Assembly: GCA_964504865.1 (NCBI GenBank)
Contig: CAZDFS010000008.1
Coordinates: forward strand, 6,711-70,710
Source: an uncultured Wenzhouxiangella sp.
GTDB taxonomy: Bacteria; Pseudomonadota; Gammaproteobacteria; Xanthomonadales; Wenzhouxiangellaceae
Direction of reading: 5' to 3'
Length of the DNA: 64,000 nucleotides
Both the position numbers and the translations under genes were made by a program. Positions 39,062 through 50,631 of the stretch are shown here, piece after piece (within the stretch, counting starts at the first letter, position 1; the number at the start of each line of letters is the position of its first letter). Below the pieces are notes generated by a model, which saw only the letters and a list, made by a program, of their open reading frames with translations, searched no databases and was not told the origin of the DNA.

Positions 39062-40494
39062 AGGAGCTGGCGACGCAGGTCCTCGAGCTGGGATGCGAGA
39101 TAGCCCGTGAAGCGCGCCGCGTCGGCCCCGTCGATCACGCGGTGATCGTAGGACAGGGACAGGGGCAACATCAGGCGCGGCTGGAAGTCCGACCCATCCC
39201 AGACCGGTTTCATCTGCGCTCGCGAAACGCCGAGGATCGCCAGCTCCGGCGCGTTGATGATGGGGGTGAATGCCGTGCCGCCGATGCCGCCGAGGCTGGA
39301 GATGGAGAAACAGCCGCCCTTCATTTCATCGCCCTTGAGCTTGCCCTCGCGGGCGCGGCTCGACAGGTCGGTCAGCTCCTGGGACAGGGCAATCAGGCCC
39401 TTCTTGTCGCAGTCACGGAGCACCGGCACGACCAGGCCGTTGGGCGTATCGACGGCCACGCCGATGTGGAAGTAGTGCTTGCGGATCAGGGTCTGGCCAT
39501 CGCGCGACAGGGAGGCGTTGAAGTCGGGGAAGGCCTTCAGTGCCCCCACCACCGCCTTGATAAGGAACACCAGCGGGGTCATCTTGGTTCCCTCTGCCTC
39601 GGCCTTGTGCTGATTGGCCTTGCGGAAGGCCTCCATTTCAGTGATGTCGGCCTCGTCGAACTGGGTCACGTGCGGGATCGAGACCCAGTTCCGATGCAGA
39701 TTCGGCCCGGAAATTCGCTTGATGCGCGACAGGGCCTCCTCCTCGACGTCGCCGTACTTCGAGAAGTCGACGTCAGGTGCCTCGGCCACGCTCAGCCCGC
39801 CGGACCCTGCGCCCGCCTGCGCCGGGCCGTCCATGCGCTGCTTGACGAAGGCCTTCAGGTCATCCTCGGTGATTCGACCCCCTCGTCCGGAGCCCGACAC
39901 CTCGGCGGGGTCCACGCCCAGCTCTCGCGCCAGCTTGCGCACGGCCGGCGAGGCGTGCGGCAGGGTGGCCGGGTCCGCGTCCATCGAATCGAAGGGGACC
40001 GGCGGCGCCGGGACTTCCTCGGAACGCTTCGAACGCGAGGCCTGACGCGACCCCGTATCGATCGCTGGAAAACTCGACGGCGGCGCCGGCGTGTCCCGAT
40101 CCGAGGTCGAGCGTTCCTCGTCTTCTGTCCCGGAGGAGCCCTCGGCGACATCGCCTGCACCCTGCTTCTCGTCGGGGGAATCGGTCGCCGTCGATGCGTC
40201 GGCCTGCGACTCATTGTCCCGCGACCCTTCGTCCGGCGACCCGTCGTCGTCCGAGGCGATTTCCATCACGCCGATAACGTCGCCCTCACCGACCTCATCA
40301 CCCTCACTGACCGTCAGCTCGACGAGGGTCCCCGCTGCCGGCGAGGGCACCTCCATGGTGGCCTTGTCCGACTCAAGCGTCACCAGCGATTGCTCGGCTT
40401 CGATCTCATCACCGGCCGCGACCAGCAGCTCGATCACCGGCACCTTATCGAAATCACCGATATCGGGAACGCGAATTTCCTGTCGTTTACTCAT
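39058..40494 (-). CDS. aceF: Dihydrolipoyllysine-residue acetyltransferase (PDH E2), single lipoyl domain
   Basis: 478 aa. Lipoyl domain, E3-binding domain (ASPAVRKLARELGVD) and catalytic SLSYDHRVIDG. Confidence 0.93.
   Translation of the reverse strand: MSKRQEIRVPDIGDFDKVPVIELLVAAGDEIEAEQSLVTLESDKATMEVPSPAAGTLVELTVSEGDEVGEGDVIGVMEIASDDDGSPDEGSRDNESQADASTATDSPDEKQGAGDVAEGSSGTEDEERSTSDRDTPAPPSSFPAIDTGSRQASRSKRSEEVPAPPVPFDSMDADPATLPHASPAVRKLARELGVDPAEVSGSGRGGRITEDDLKAFVKQRMDGPAQAGAGSGGLSVAEAPDVDFSKYGDVEEEALSRIKRISGPNLHRNWVSIPHVTQFDEADITEMEAFRKANQHKAEAEGTKMTPLVFLIKAVVGALKAFPDFNASLSRDGQTLIRKHYFHIGVAVDTPNGLVVPVLRDCDKKGLIALSQELTDLSSRAREGKLKGDEMKGGCFSISSLGGIGGTAFTPIINAPELAILGVSRAQMKPVWDGSDFQPRLMLPLSLSYDHRVIDGADAARFTGYLASQLEDLRRQLL
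40264..40494 (-). repeat. Lipoyl-domain coding repeat, copy 2 (in aceF)
   Basis: Direct repeat of 35148-35375 on the same strand. Confidence 0.8.
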
Positions 40495-40701
40495 CGTGAT
40501 ATGTACTCGCTCGATTCATTCATGTCAGCGACCGGCAACAGGCCAGCTCACCACGAAGGGCAGCAAGAACAGGCAGAAAGCATGTCGAAGGTAACCGGCA
40601 ACCCAGCGCAACTGCCAATGGGTTCCGCGATTCATCCGTCTACCTATCTGCACCGGGTTGATCCTATCCTTCGTTGTTCAAAGACGACACGGGTCGGCTG
40701 G

Positions 40702-43374
<2,673 letters not shown>

Positions 43375-43539
43375 GGATTTTTCTCCAAAAATCGTTTTCT
43401 AGGCATTTTTACACTGGATATTGTAGCGGTAGAACGCGGTGCCGCCGACGCCGAAAGGTGATCCGCGGCTGTGTTCGCTGTCGAACATAACTCAGGGGCG
43501 TGTTGCGCAATACTATGTCCAGGTCAGGCGGGCTAGGAG

Positions 43540-44259
43540 ATGGACATGTCGATCGGACCAGAGCGAAACGAGCTGCTTGCGCTCTTGCCGGAAGCATGCA
43601 AAGCGCGGTTCTTTCCGCTGCTGCGGGAGGTCGACCTGCCGTTGGGCAAGGAAATCTATGCCGCCGGCCAGGAAGTGAAGTACGTCTACTTTCCGGTCGA
43701 CAGCATCATTTCCCTGCTCTACGTCATGCTCGACGGTCACTCCGCCGAGATCTCGGTCGTCGGTCGCGAGGGCGTCGTGGGCATCGCGGTTTTCATGGGC
43801 GGCGAGAGCACGCCCAGCCGGGCGGTGGTCCAGAGCGCCGGCACCGCCTATCGGCTGCCGGCCATCGAGCTGAAGCGCGAATTCAATGCAGATGTCAACG
43901 TCCGCGTGCTCCTGCTGCGCTACACCCAGGCCTTGATCACCCAGATGGCCCAGACCGCCGTCTGCAACCGCCACCACACGATCGACCAGCAACTGGCCCG
44001 CTGGCTGCTGCTTTCGCTGGACCGCCTACCCTCCAACCAGCTCACCATGACCCAGGAACTGATCGCCAATATGCTAGGCGTGCGGCGGGAGGGTGTGACA
44101 GAGGCCGCTGGGAAACTGCAGAAGCTCGGCGTCATTCGCTACCAGCGCGGACGCATCAAGGTACTCGACCGGCCACAGCTCGAGAAGCTGAGCTGCGAAT
44201 GCTACGAAGTGGTCAAGGCAGAAACCGACCGCCTGGCCACCTACGCCCGGCAGGGCTAG
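43540..44259 (+). CDS. Crp/Fnr-family transcriptional regulator
   Basis: 239 aa. cNMP-binding-like beta-roll and C-terminal HTH (TQELIANMLGVRREGVTEAAGKLQ). Confidence 0.85.
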   Translation: MDMSIGPERNELLALLPEACKARFFPLLREVDLPLGKEIYAAGQEVKYVYFPVDSIISLLYVMLDGHSAEISVVGREGVVGIAVFMGGESTPSRAVVQSAGTAYRLPAIELKREFNADVNVRVLLLRYTQALITQMAQTAVCNRHHTIDQQLARWLLLSLDRLPSNQLTMTQELIANMLGVRREGVTEAAGKLQKLGVIRYQRGRIKVLDRPQLEKLSCECYEVVKAETDRLATYARQG

Positions 44260-44272
44260 AGGCCGCAGTGTG

Positions 44273-44410
44273 TCATTCCGCTGGCGCGTGAGGACGCCAG
44301 AAGCGCGCCATGGTCGGCTTCACGCTGAATCCGTGCAGCAGAATCGACAGCGCCACGGTGATCAGCACCAGATGCAGCAACTCCAGTGCCCAGCAAGCCC
44401 ACGTGGACAC
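44273..44410 (-). pseudogene. Remnant of the C-terminus of a cation:proton antiporter (CPA1-like)
   Basis: My translation gives VSTWACWALELLHLVLITVALSILLHGFSVKPTMARFW...*, preceded by an in-frame TGA. The ...S(I/V)LLHGxSxxP... tail is typical of Na+/H+ exchanger C-termini. No intact upstream body is present. Confidence 0.3.
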
Positions 44411-44664
44411 TCAAGGGCCGGACGACAACACGCTGCAGCCCGGCGACCTGCGCGATGCCCGGCGTCTGTCTGGGGTGGCCATCGCCACGGCAACCCGGAA
44501 GACTTCAGCAGCTGTGGCATCAAGCCCGACTGCTGAGTCGATCGATCCACGCACCGGACCCGCCCTGGAAACCGCTGATGCGACAGATCCGAAAAGAGCC
44601 AGCTCGAAGCCCCATCCTTGATGATTTCGGAAGCGGCCTGGCGGGGGCTCCTGGCCTAATCGAG

Positions 44665-44698
44665 CTGGAACCGGACAGACGGAGCGATCCGGTTCCAG
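44665..44698 (-). terminator. Perfect 11-bp-stem hairpin just downstream of the PRC-barrel gene
   Basis: ctggaaccgga-(12 nt)-tccggttccag. There is no clear U-tract, so termination is inferred from position only. Confidence 0.4.
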
Positions 44699-44706
44699 CA
44701 AGGCGT

Positions 44707-45099
44707 CTACCGGGCATAGTAGGCCTCGACGGTTGAATTCCAGCTGGCATCTGCCATATCCGGCCAGTCCGCCTTGTCGAACCCCGGCGCCTGCCTGAGT
44801 CGCTCTAGATCCACATCGAGCACGAAGCGCTTGTTCTCGCTGTCCTGCTTCAAGGCCTTCCAGGGGATCGCAAAGAAACGATCCCCCATGCCCAGAAAAC
44901 CGCCCGAGGCCAGGACGGCGTAGCGGATCGTTCCCTGACCCAGATCGAGCATGATGTCCTCGATCGTTCCGAGCTTTTCATCCTGCAGGTTGCGAACTTC
45001 GTCCCCGGTCACGGTGGCTGCACTGAGCAGAGCCGATCTGCTATCGATGTGCCCGGCAGCTGCAGATCGGCCGTTGCTTTCTGTCGTTGAATGATTCAT
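44707..45099 (-). CDS. PRC-barrel domain protein
   Basis: 130 aa. ...VRNLQDEKLGTIEDIMLDLGQGTIRYAVLASGGFLGMGDRFFAIPW..., typical of the PRC-barrel family. Confidence 0.75.
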   Translation of the reverse strand: MNHSTTESNGRSAAAGHIDSRSALLSAATVTGDEVRNLQDEKLGTIEDIMLDLGQGTIRYAVLASGGFLGMGDRFFAIPWKALKQDSENKRFVLDVDLERLRQAPGFDKADWPDMADASWNSTVEAYYAR

Positions 45100-45272
45100 G
45101 TCGACTTCCTCACATCGTTCTTGATGTCACCGTATGCGGCTTGGGCCTTACCGACATTTTTCTCGAGCTTGCCCTTGTTCTCCGTACTCTTGTCACCGGT
45201 GATCTTGCCGATCGCTTCCTTGGCCTTGCCCTTCGCTTCCTTGGAACGGCCCTTGACTTGATCCTTGTTCAT
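45096..45272 (-). CDS. CsbD-family stress protein
   Basis: 58 aa: MNKDQVKGRSKEAKGKAKEAIGKITGDKSTENKGKLEKNVGKAQAAYGDIKNDVRK. ATGA overlap with the PRC-barrel gene. The track ORF is over-extended at its 5' end. Confidence 0.8.
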   Translation of the reverse strand: MNKDQVKGRSKEAKGKAKEAIGKITGDKSTENKGKLEKNVGKAQAAYGDIKNDVRKST

Positions 45273-45469
45273 CGTTTGTTCTCCTTTATGGCTCGCCTTG
45301 TCGATTCTGCGAGGCGTCATGAAGACATGTCGCTGCAGCATGGAAAAGTCACTATCGATCAGGCCCGCCGGCTCGATCTGTACGCTGGCCAACACATCAT
45401 GGGAAATAAACCGCCGCTTTTGACAGCGGCGGCAATCCAGGTCAGCAGCTGTGACCGGGCTGATCGGTG

Positions 45470-46012
45470 TTACCAACGCGAGTTCATGCGTTCGTCGGAA
45501 TACTCGGGCGCATTCTTCAGCATGTCTTCGGTCATATCGATCGACAGGGTGAAGTCATCACCGTCAACAATCCGCTCGATGCGGTCCCAGGAGATCGCCA
45601 GATCACGCTCACCAAGACCAAGAAGACCACCGACGCTGATCAGCACGGCGGTCACCTGGCCGTCCTCGTCCAGCAGCAGGTCGGTGATCTCACCGATCGA
45701 CTCGTCGTTGCGCCGATTGGTGATTTCGTGGCCGACCAGGCTATCGGAGTGATAGCCGCGCACCGGAAGAGTTTCAATAAAACCGCCTTGTGCGGTGGCG
45801 TTCGCTCTCGGCGTGCTTGATCGGGTGGCTGCGGTGGTCCGCTGATTGGAGCGCTGCCCATCCTGATTCATGTTGGCTGTCGCCATGGCCGTGGCCCGCT
45901 CCGGGTCGCAAGGACAGTCGCAGTCGTCTTCGCCGGCGTGTGCCATCGGCATGCTCAGGGCCAGAACCGACAGCAGGACAGCTGCGCATTTGGTGGAATT
46001 GAACGTCGTCAT
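45470..46012 (-). CDS. Secreted PRC-barrel domain protein with Cys-rich N-terminal linker
   Basis: Signal peptide MTTFNSTKCAAVLLSVLALSMPMAHA, then GEDDCDCPCDP, then a PRC-barrel (…LVGHEITNRRNDESIGEITDLLLDEDGQVTAVLISVGGLLGLGERDLAISW). Start set at ATG 46012. Confidence 0.7.
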   Translation of the reverse strand: MTTFNSTKCAAVLLSVLALSMPMAHAGEDDCDCPCDPERATAMATANMNQDGQRSNQRTTAATRSSTPRANATAQGGFIETLPVRGYHSDSLVGHEITNRRNDESIGEITDLLLDEDGQVTAVLISVGGLLGLGERDLAISWDRIERIVDGDDFTLSIDMTEDMLKNAPEYSDERMNSRW

Positions 46013-46293
46013 GGGTGTTCTCCAGGTGTGCCGGGATGGCCGAATTACCAGCCGGCGCCCAGTAGCCGGCCAAACGGATCGGTCAGCGGTGAGAGGGTTG
46101 AAGTATCGGACCTGACCGCCGCCGGGTCTGTGCGTTGCGGCACCCATCGCGTCACGGTCATCGACTGCGCCATTGATCCGTCGGTTCGGGCCGATCGGCC
46201 CGGCCTCAGCTCGGAATAGATATTCGCCGGTGCACAGAATGGAGCGGATCGTTCGCGGCACCACTGGCTCGCCCCGGAAACAGGGTGCGATGG

Positions 46294-46327
46294 TCTCAAA
46301 ACGAAAAGCCCCTGCCGAAGCAGGGGC
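46294..46327 (-). terminator. Rho-independent terminator
   Basis: The minus strand reads GCCCCTGC-TTCG-GCAGGGGC followed by TTTTCGTTTT, 40 nt after the stop of the small hydrophilic ORF. Confidence 0.7.
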
Positions 46328-46365
46328 TCGATGCGCTCATTCAAACGCAGCTGATTGCCGACGAG

Positions 46366-46542
46366 TCAAACGCGCTTGCTGTCGAACTTGCCGGAACCGG
46401 GATTGCTGGTCGCAAGCTTGCCATCCTTGTCCTTTTTCGGCTGGTCGCTCTTGGTACCGAAGCTCTTGGAGGACTTGTCCTGTTGCGCCTGCTGTCCGGG
46501 CTGCGGATTGTTCTTGTGCTCGTTCTTGTTTTCGTTGCTCAT
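46366..46542 (-). CDS. Small hydrophilic Lys/Gln/Asn-rich protein (stress-protein-like), hypothetical
   Basis: 58 aa: MSNENKNEHKNNPQPGQQAQQDKSSKSFGTKSDQPKKDKDGK... Has AAGGAA 7 nt before the ATG and its own terminator. Confidence 0.5.
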   Translation of the reverse strand: MSNENKNEHKNNPQPGQQAQQDKSSKSFGTKSDQPKKDKDGKLATSNPGSGKFDSKRV

Positions 46543-46972
46543 GATGATTCCTTGGTTTGGGTTGGGTGGCGACCGTGCACGCTTCCGGCGAACTGCCACT
46601 CATCGATCACCGGCCGAAGGTCAAGATTAGAAGGTTATGTCGAATGGTTCCGTTCGTTGCGCCACACAGAATGGCATCGGGACTAAAGTCGATCGGCCAT
46701 CAGGACTCAAGTGAGCGAGGCCGCCTTGTCAGCACCGGCCAGGCCGTCGCCGGTGGTGTAGCTCCCGACCTCGCTGGAGCTGCCGGTCAGGGCTCTTGGC
46801 AGAATGCGGTCGGCGAATCCGAACAGTATCGACACCAGTTCGGTGAACATCACCAATACGCCAAAGGCCAGCCCGAACGACACCGGGGCGCGGGATCAGA
46901 ACGCGAACCCAGAGAGGCCCGATGGCCCGGCCCGGCAGACTCCAAAGCAGCAGACCGACAGCAACCAGACGC

Positions 46973-47692
46973 TCAGCCTTCATCGCGGGAGAACTGACGC
47001 TGATAGGCGGCAAGGCTGACCTGATAGCATTCGCAGGCCACCGTTTCCAGGCCGGGACGCGACAGCACCTGGATGTGGCCTCGGGCGTAGCGGATGAGTT
47101 GCTGCGCCTGCAGCTGGCCGGCTGCGATGGTGACCGCACTGCGCCGCACACCGAGCATGCGGGCAAGAAAGAGATGGGTCAGCACCAGCGGCTCGCCGCG
47201 GGCGCGGTCATCCATCATCAGCAGCCATCGGGCCAGGCGCGCGGGCACTTCATGAAAGGCATTACAGGCCGCGGTCTGGGCCAATTGCTCACCGAGCACG
47301 AACAGGTAGCCCTCGATCAGACGCTTCAATATCCGGCTGTTATCGAGCTGCTGGGAGAAAGCGACCCCCGACAGGGTCAGGGCTGCGCCCGCGCCCTGGA
47401 CGACTGCAGCCACGGGGTGGTGATCGACGCCCAGGGCCAGGGTAGCGCCAAGCATGCCCTCATACCCGATCATGCCCAGCTCAAGAGGCTTGTGACCGTC
47501 GACCCGCACAGTGACCGAAATGACGGCGGTTGTCGGAAACAGGACTTGCGTAACAGGCCGGCCCGCTTCGGCCAGCGGCTGATCGAAGGCGAGGTTGACC
47601 GAATCGCAGCCGGCGAGCAGCGAACGAGCGACCGCAGCGGGCAATCTATCGATCAGCTCATTGGTTGTAGGCATTGTGATTGAATCAGACAT
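46973..47692 (-). CDS. Crp/Fnr-family transcriptional regulator (paralog of 43540-44259)
   Basis: Start set at ATG 47692 (MSDSITMPTTNELIDRLP). HTH is LFLARMLGVRRSAVTIAAGQLQ. Shares the C-terminal ...VL.RP.LE...CECY... motif with the other copy. Confidence 0.8.
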   Translation of the reverse strand: MSDSITMPTTNELIDRLPAAVARSLLAGCDSVNLAFDQPLAEAGRPVTQVLFPTTAVISVTVRVDGHKPLELGMIGYEGMLGATLALGVDHHPVAAVVQGAGAALTLSGVAFSQQLDNSRILKRLIEGYLFVLGEQLAQTAACNAFHEVPARLARWLLMMDDRARGEPLVLTHLFLARMLGVRRSAVTIAAGQLQAQQLIRYARGHIQVLSRPGLETVACECYQVSLAAYQRQFSRDEG

Positions 47693-47757
47693 CAGCTTCC
47701 TTGGTCGTGGACACTTGGGCTGCCGGGTTTGGGATGCACTTCGGCGTCCCTCGATAT

Positions 47758-48549
47758 CTAATGCTTGCAGCCGTGCCGGTGAAGGTCTGTTCGCTGCAGC
47801 ACGTAGGGTATGCGCGAGATGCGACAGCCTGGCGTGTGCTTGAGTTGACTGGCCAGGCCGACCGATGAGGACAGGGCAATCAGCCACTTGCCCGGATCGA
47901 AGTGGCACCAGCGCGCGCCGTTGCGATAGTCGGCCTGAAAGGCGTGATGGAAGTTGTGGTACCCCTCGCCCCAGGTCAGCAGCGCGAGCCAGCCATTGTC
48001 GCGCGAGCTGTTGTCCTCGCTGTAATGACGCTTACCCCAGCTGTGGGCCAGCGAATTGATGAAGAAGGTGCTGTGTTGACTGAACACCAGACGCACCGCA
48101 CCGGCCAGCAACACCACACCAACCAGATCCCCGACCAGCAAGCCGATCAGCATCGGAACACCCAGGTTGAGCGTCCAGGTCAAGGCCCGGTAGTAGCGAT
48201 GCTGCCATCTGAGCAGCGGGTCGCGCTCGATCTGATCGACAAAACGATGATGGATGCGATGACGCGCGCACCAGACCAGCACCGAGTTCTGCAGGGAAAA
48301 GGTACCGCATATGCCAAATATCAAGCCCAGTGGTCAGGCCGCCCGATAGCTGCGATGGGAAAATAGTCGATGGTAGCCGGCGGTGATCGAAAGCCCACTG
48401 AACAGCCAGATCAGACCCGCCGTCCACCAGGACGCGGCGCTGAACCCGACCAGCACCCCCCATAGCGGTGCAACCACAAGGGCCAGCAGGTGTACGACTG
48501 CAAAGTACAGCACGTTGGAAATGGCCAGAGCAGGCTTATTGTGATTCAT
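47758..48549 (-). pseudogene. Acyl-CoA/acyl-lipid delta-9-type fatty acid desaturase interrupted by an in-frame TGA
   Basis: ORFs 48549-48334 and 48324-47758 are in the same frame, separated by one TGA (48336-48334). His boxes HRLFSH, HRIHH and HNFHH are present. A family-conserved segment after the second box appears to be missing. Confidence 0.65.
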
Positions 48550-48706
48550 CCGAACCTACTCCTGGCGATCGCTAAAGCAGTAAGGAGATTGAAGTACGCC
48601 AATCTCCAGAACTTCCGTTCGCTGGCGAACATACGGCGATCAGGGTCCCGACGCGACGGCGCGGGTGACCCTCGCCTGCGGCCCGGACCGGGTCCGGTCT
48701 GTGCTG

Positions 48707-50251
48707 CTATGTCTTGTTGACTCCATCTCCATTGCGCCGTTCGGCATCGCGGGTGACCTGCATCACTTGGGCGAAGTTAGAACCTACCGTGGCTCGCTCC
48801 ATGTCGGATCGATAGAAGCAGTACCCGCAGTCGGGATCAAGCTTGGCGTGGTACATCGCTATGTCCGCGCAGCGCATCAGGCGATCCAGGTCCCTGCCGT
48901 GGTTGGGGTATACGCTGATGCCTATGCTGACCGTCAGCGCTGGCCAGCAACTCTCGAGATGGGGCAGGCACGCCAGCACACCCTGCAGCTTTTTCGCCAC
49001 CTTGGCGGCGTCTACGGCCCGGTTGATTTCACTCAGCAGCACGACGAACTCATCCCCACCCTGCCGACCAACCAGGTCGGTATCGCGCACAGCGGCCTCG
49101 AGCGCTCGAGCCAGCTGCTGCAGCGCTTTATCGCCAGCCGAATGACCATAGCGGTCGTTGAGTAATTTGAAGCGATCCAGATCCATGAACAGCAAGGCCA
49201 GGCGTCGACCGTGTCGTCTGGCCAGTCTGATCGCCTGCTCGAATCGCTCTGCCAAGGCCAGGCGATTGGGCAGGCCGGTCAGCGTATCATGGCGGGCCAG
49301 ATGCGCCATCTTCTCGGTGGTCTCCCTGGATAACTTACGGTCTCGAAAAATGACAACAGCGCCCGTGAGCTCACCCGAATCATCCAGTATCGGGGCCGCC
49401 GAATCCTCGACCGCCAGTTCGGTCCCGTCGGGCCGGGACAGGACGCTGTCGGGTGCCAGCCGGATGATGCCCTGAGCCTGCATGGCCTGGGCGGCCGGAT
49501 TCCTCGCCGACTCCCGGGTGTACGAATTGATGACCTTGAAGACCTGATCGAACGGTTGACCGCAGGCGACTTCATGCGACCAGCCAGTGAGTTGTTCGGC
49601 CATCGGATTCAGATACGTCACCCGTCCCTCGACGTCGGTACAGATGACTGCATCACCGATGCACTCCAGGGTCACCCGCGCCCGCGCGCATTCGGTTTGC
49701 AGCGAATGGCGCAGCGTCCGATCGGCTTGCCGCGCGGATATGCTCTCGTTGATGTCTTCAATCGTGTGGATCAGGTCGGAATCATCGCGATCTGCGTGCA
49801 GCCTGGTCGCGCGGTGCCTGACCCACAGCCGGTTTCCGACGTTGTTGACCAGTCGGAGCTCGAATGCTCGGGGCTGGCCGGCACCGGATTCAGGCTCAGG
49901 TTCGGCCATTGCCGGCAGCCAGTCTCGCGCGTCTATCAACTCAGCCCAGTGGCGCCCGATCAGGGCCGTTGACGAACAGCTCAGCATGCGCTGGCAGACC
50001 TTATTGCTGTAGCAGATGGTGCCGTCGAAGCGGCTGATCAGAATGCCCATCGGCATGGCGTCCAGTAGCGATGATGCCTGCTCGTCGAACGAGGCGGTAT
50101 CAGCCTGGACGAAACACGGACATCGGACCATCAGGCTTCCTCCCTCGTTCTCCCAGTCCTCGGTCGCTGCACAGACCCGGCGCGGGGCCAGGCGCTGGAC
50201 TTGTTTGGACTGGAGGTCAGGCTCCGAGAGCGGACGACGAGGACTAGACAT
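48707..50251 (-). CDS. PAS-PAS-GGDEF diguanylate cyclase
   Basis: Two PAS-like segments then a GGDEF domain (RQGGDEFVVLL). The start is uncertain: 50251 or ATG 50131. Confidence 0.85.
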   Translation of the reverse strand: MSSPRRPLSEPDLQSKQVQRLAPRRVCAATEDWENEGGSLMVRCPCFVQADTASFDEQASSLLDAMPMGILISRFDGTICYSNKVCQRMLSCSSTALIGRHWAELIDARDWLPAMAEPEPESGAGQPRAFELRLVNNVGNRLWVRHRATRLHADRDDSDLIHTIEDINESISARQADRTLRHSLQTECARARVTLECIGDAVICTDVEGRVTYLNPMAEQLTGWSHEVACGQPFDQVFKVINSYTRESARNPAAQAMQAQGIIRLAPDSVLSRPDGTELAVEDSAAPILDDSGELTGAVVIFRDRKLSRETTEKMAHLARHDTLTGLPNRLALAERFEQAIRLARRHGRRLALLFMDLDRFKLLNDRYGHSAGDKALQQLARALEAAVRDTDLVGRQGGDEFVVLLSEINRAVDAAKVAKKLQGVLACLPHLESCWPALTVSIGISVYPNHGRDLDRLMRCADIAMYHAKLDPDCGYCFYRSDMERATVGSNFAQVMQVTRDAERRNGDGVNKT

Positions 50252-50384
50252 AGACAGACTGCATCAATGGACCCAAAGATTAAGTCTGAACATCGTGCCC
50301 GGAACGCTCGGTGCGCTGGCGAACAGAGCCGCCAAGGCGTTCTGGGCAAACTCGTTGTTACAACCCAACCCTGGAGTCGCCCGC

Positions 50385-50543
50385 ATGAGTCTTGGAACCA
50401 TTCTGTTGATTGTCCTGGTGCTGATCCTGATCGGCATCATTCCGGCCTGGCCACATAGCCGCAGCTGGGGCTACGGTCCCAGTGGCGCCATTGGTGTCAT
50501 CGTGGTGATCCTGCTGATCCTGGCGCTGATGGGGAGGATCTGA
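50385..50543 (+). CDS. DUF3309-family small membrane protein
   Basis: 52 aa: MSLGTILLIVLVLILIGIIPAWPHSRSWGYGPSGAIGVIVVILLILALMGRI. The track ORF is over-extended. Confidence 0.75.
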   Translation: MSLGTILLIVLVLILIGIIPAWPHSRSWGYGPSGAIGVIVVILLILALMGRI

Positions 50544-50588
50544 CGATCCGATCAGCCGGGATCGAGGTCCCGCAGCAGTCAGGAGACT

Positions 50589-50627
50589 AAAAGAAACATG
50601 GGCGCGAGATCGCCCATGCTTTTCTTC
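50589..50627. terminator. Bidirectional intrinsic terminator between convergent genes
   Basis: A-tract, CATGGGCG-cgagat-CGCCCATG, T-tract (aaaagaaa...cttttctt). Confidence 0.7.
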
Positions 50628-50631
50628 GGAT

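Noticed and set aside
48334-48336. In-frame TGA of the desaturase as selenocysteine
   Set aside because: Desaturases are not known selenoproteins. The position aligns with Trp/Arg rather than a catalytic Cys, I see no obvious SECIS-like hairpin immediately downstream, and there are no sel genes in the window. A nonsense mutation or sequencing error is more parsimonious.
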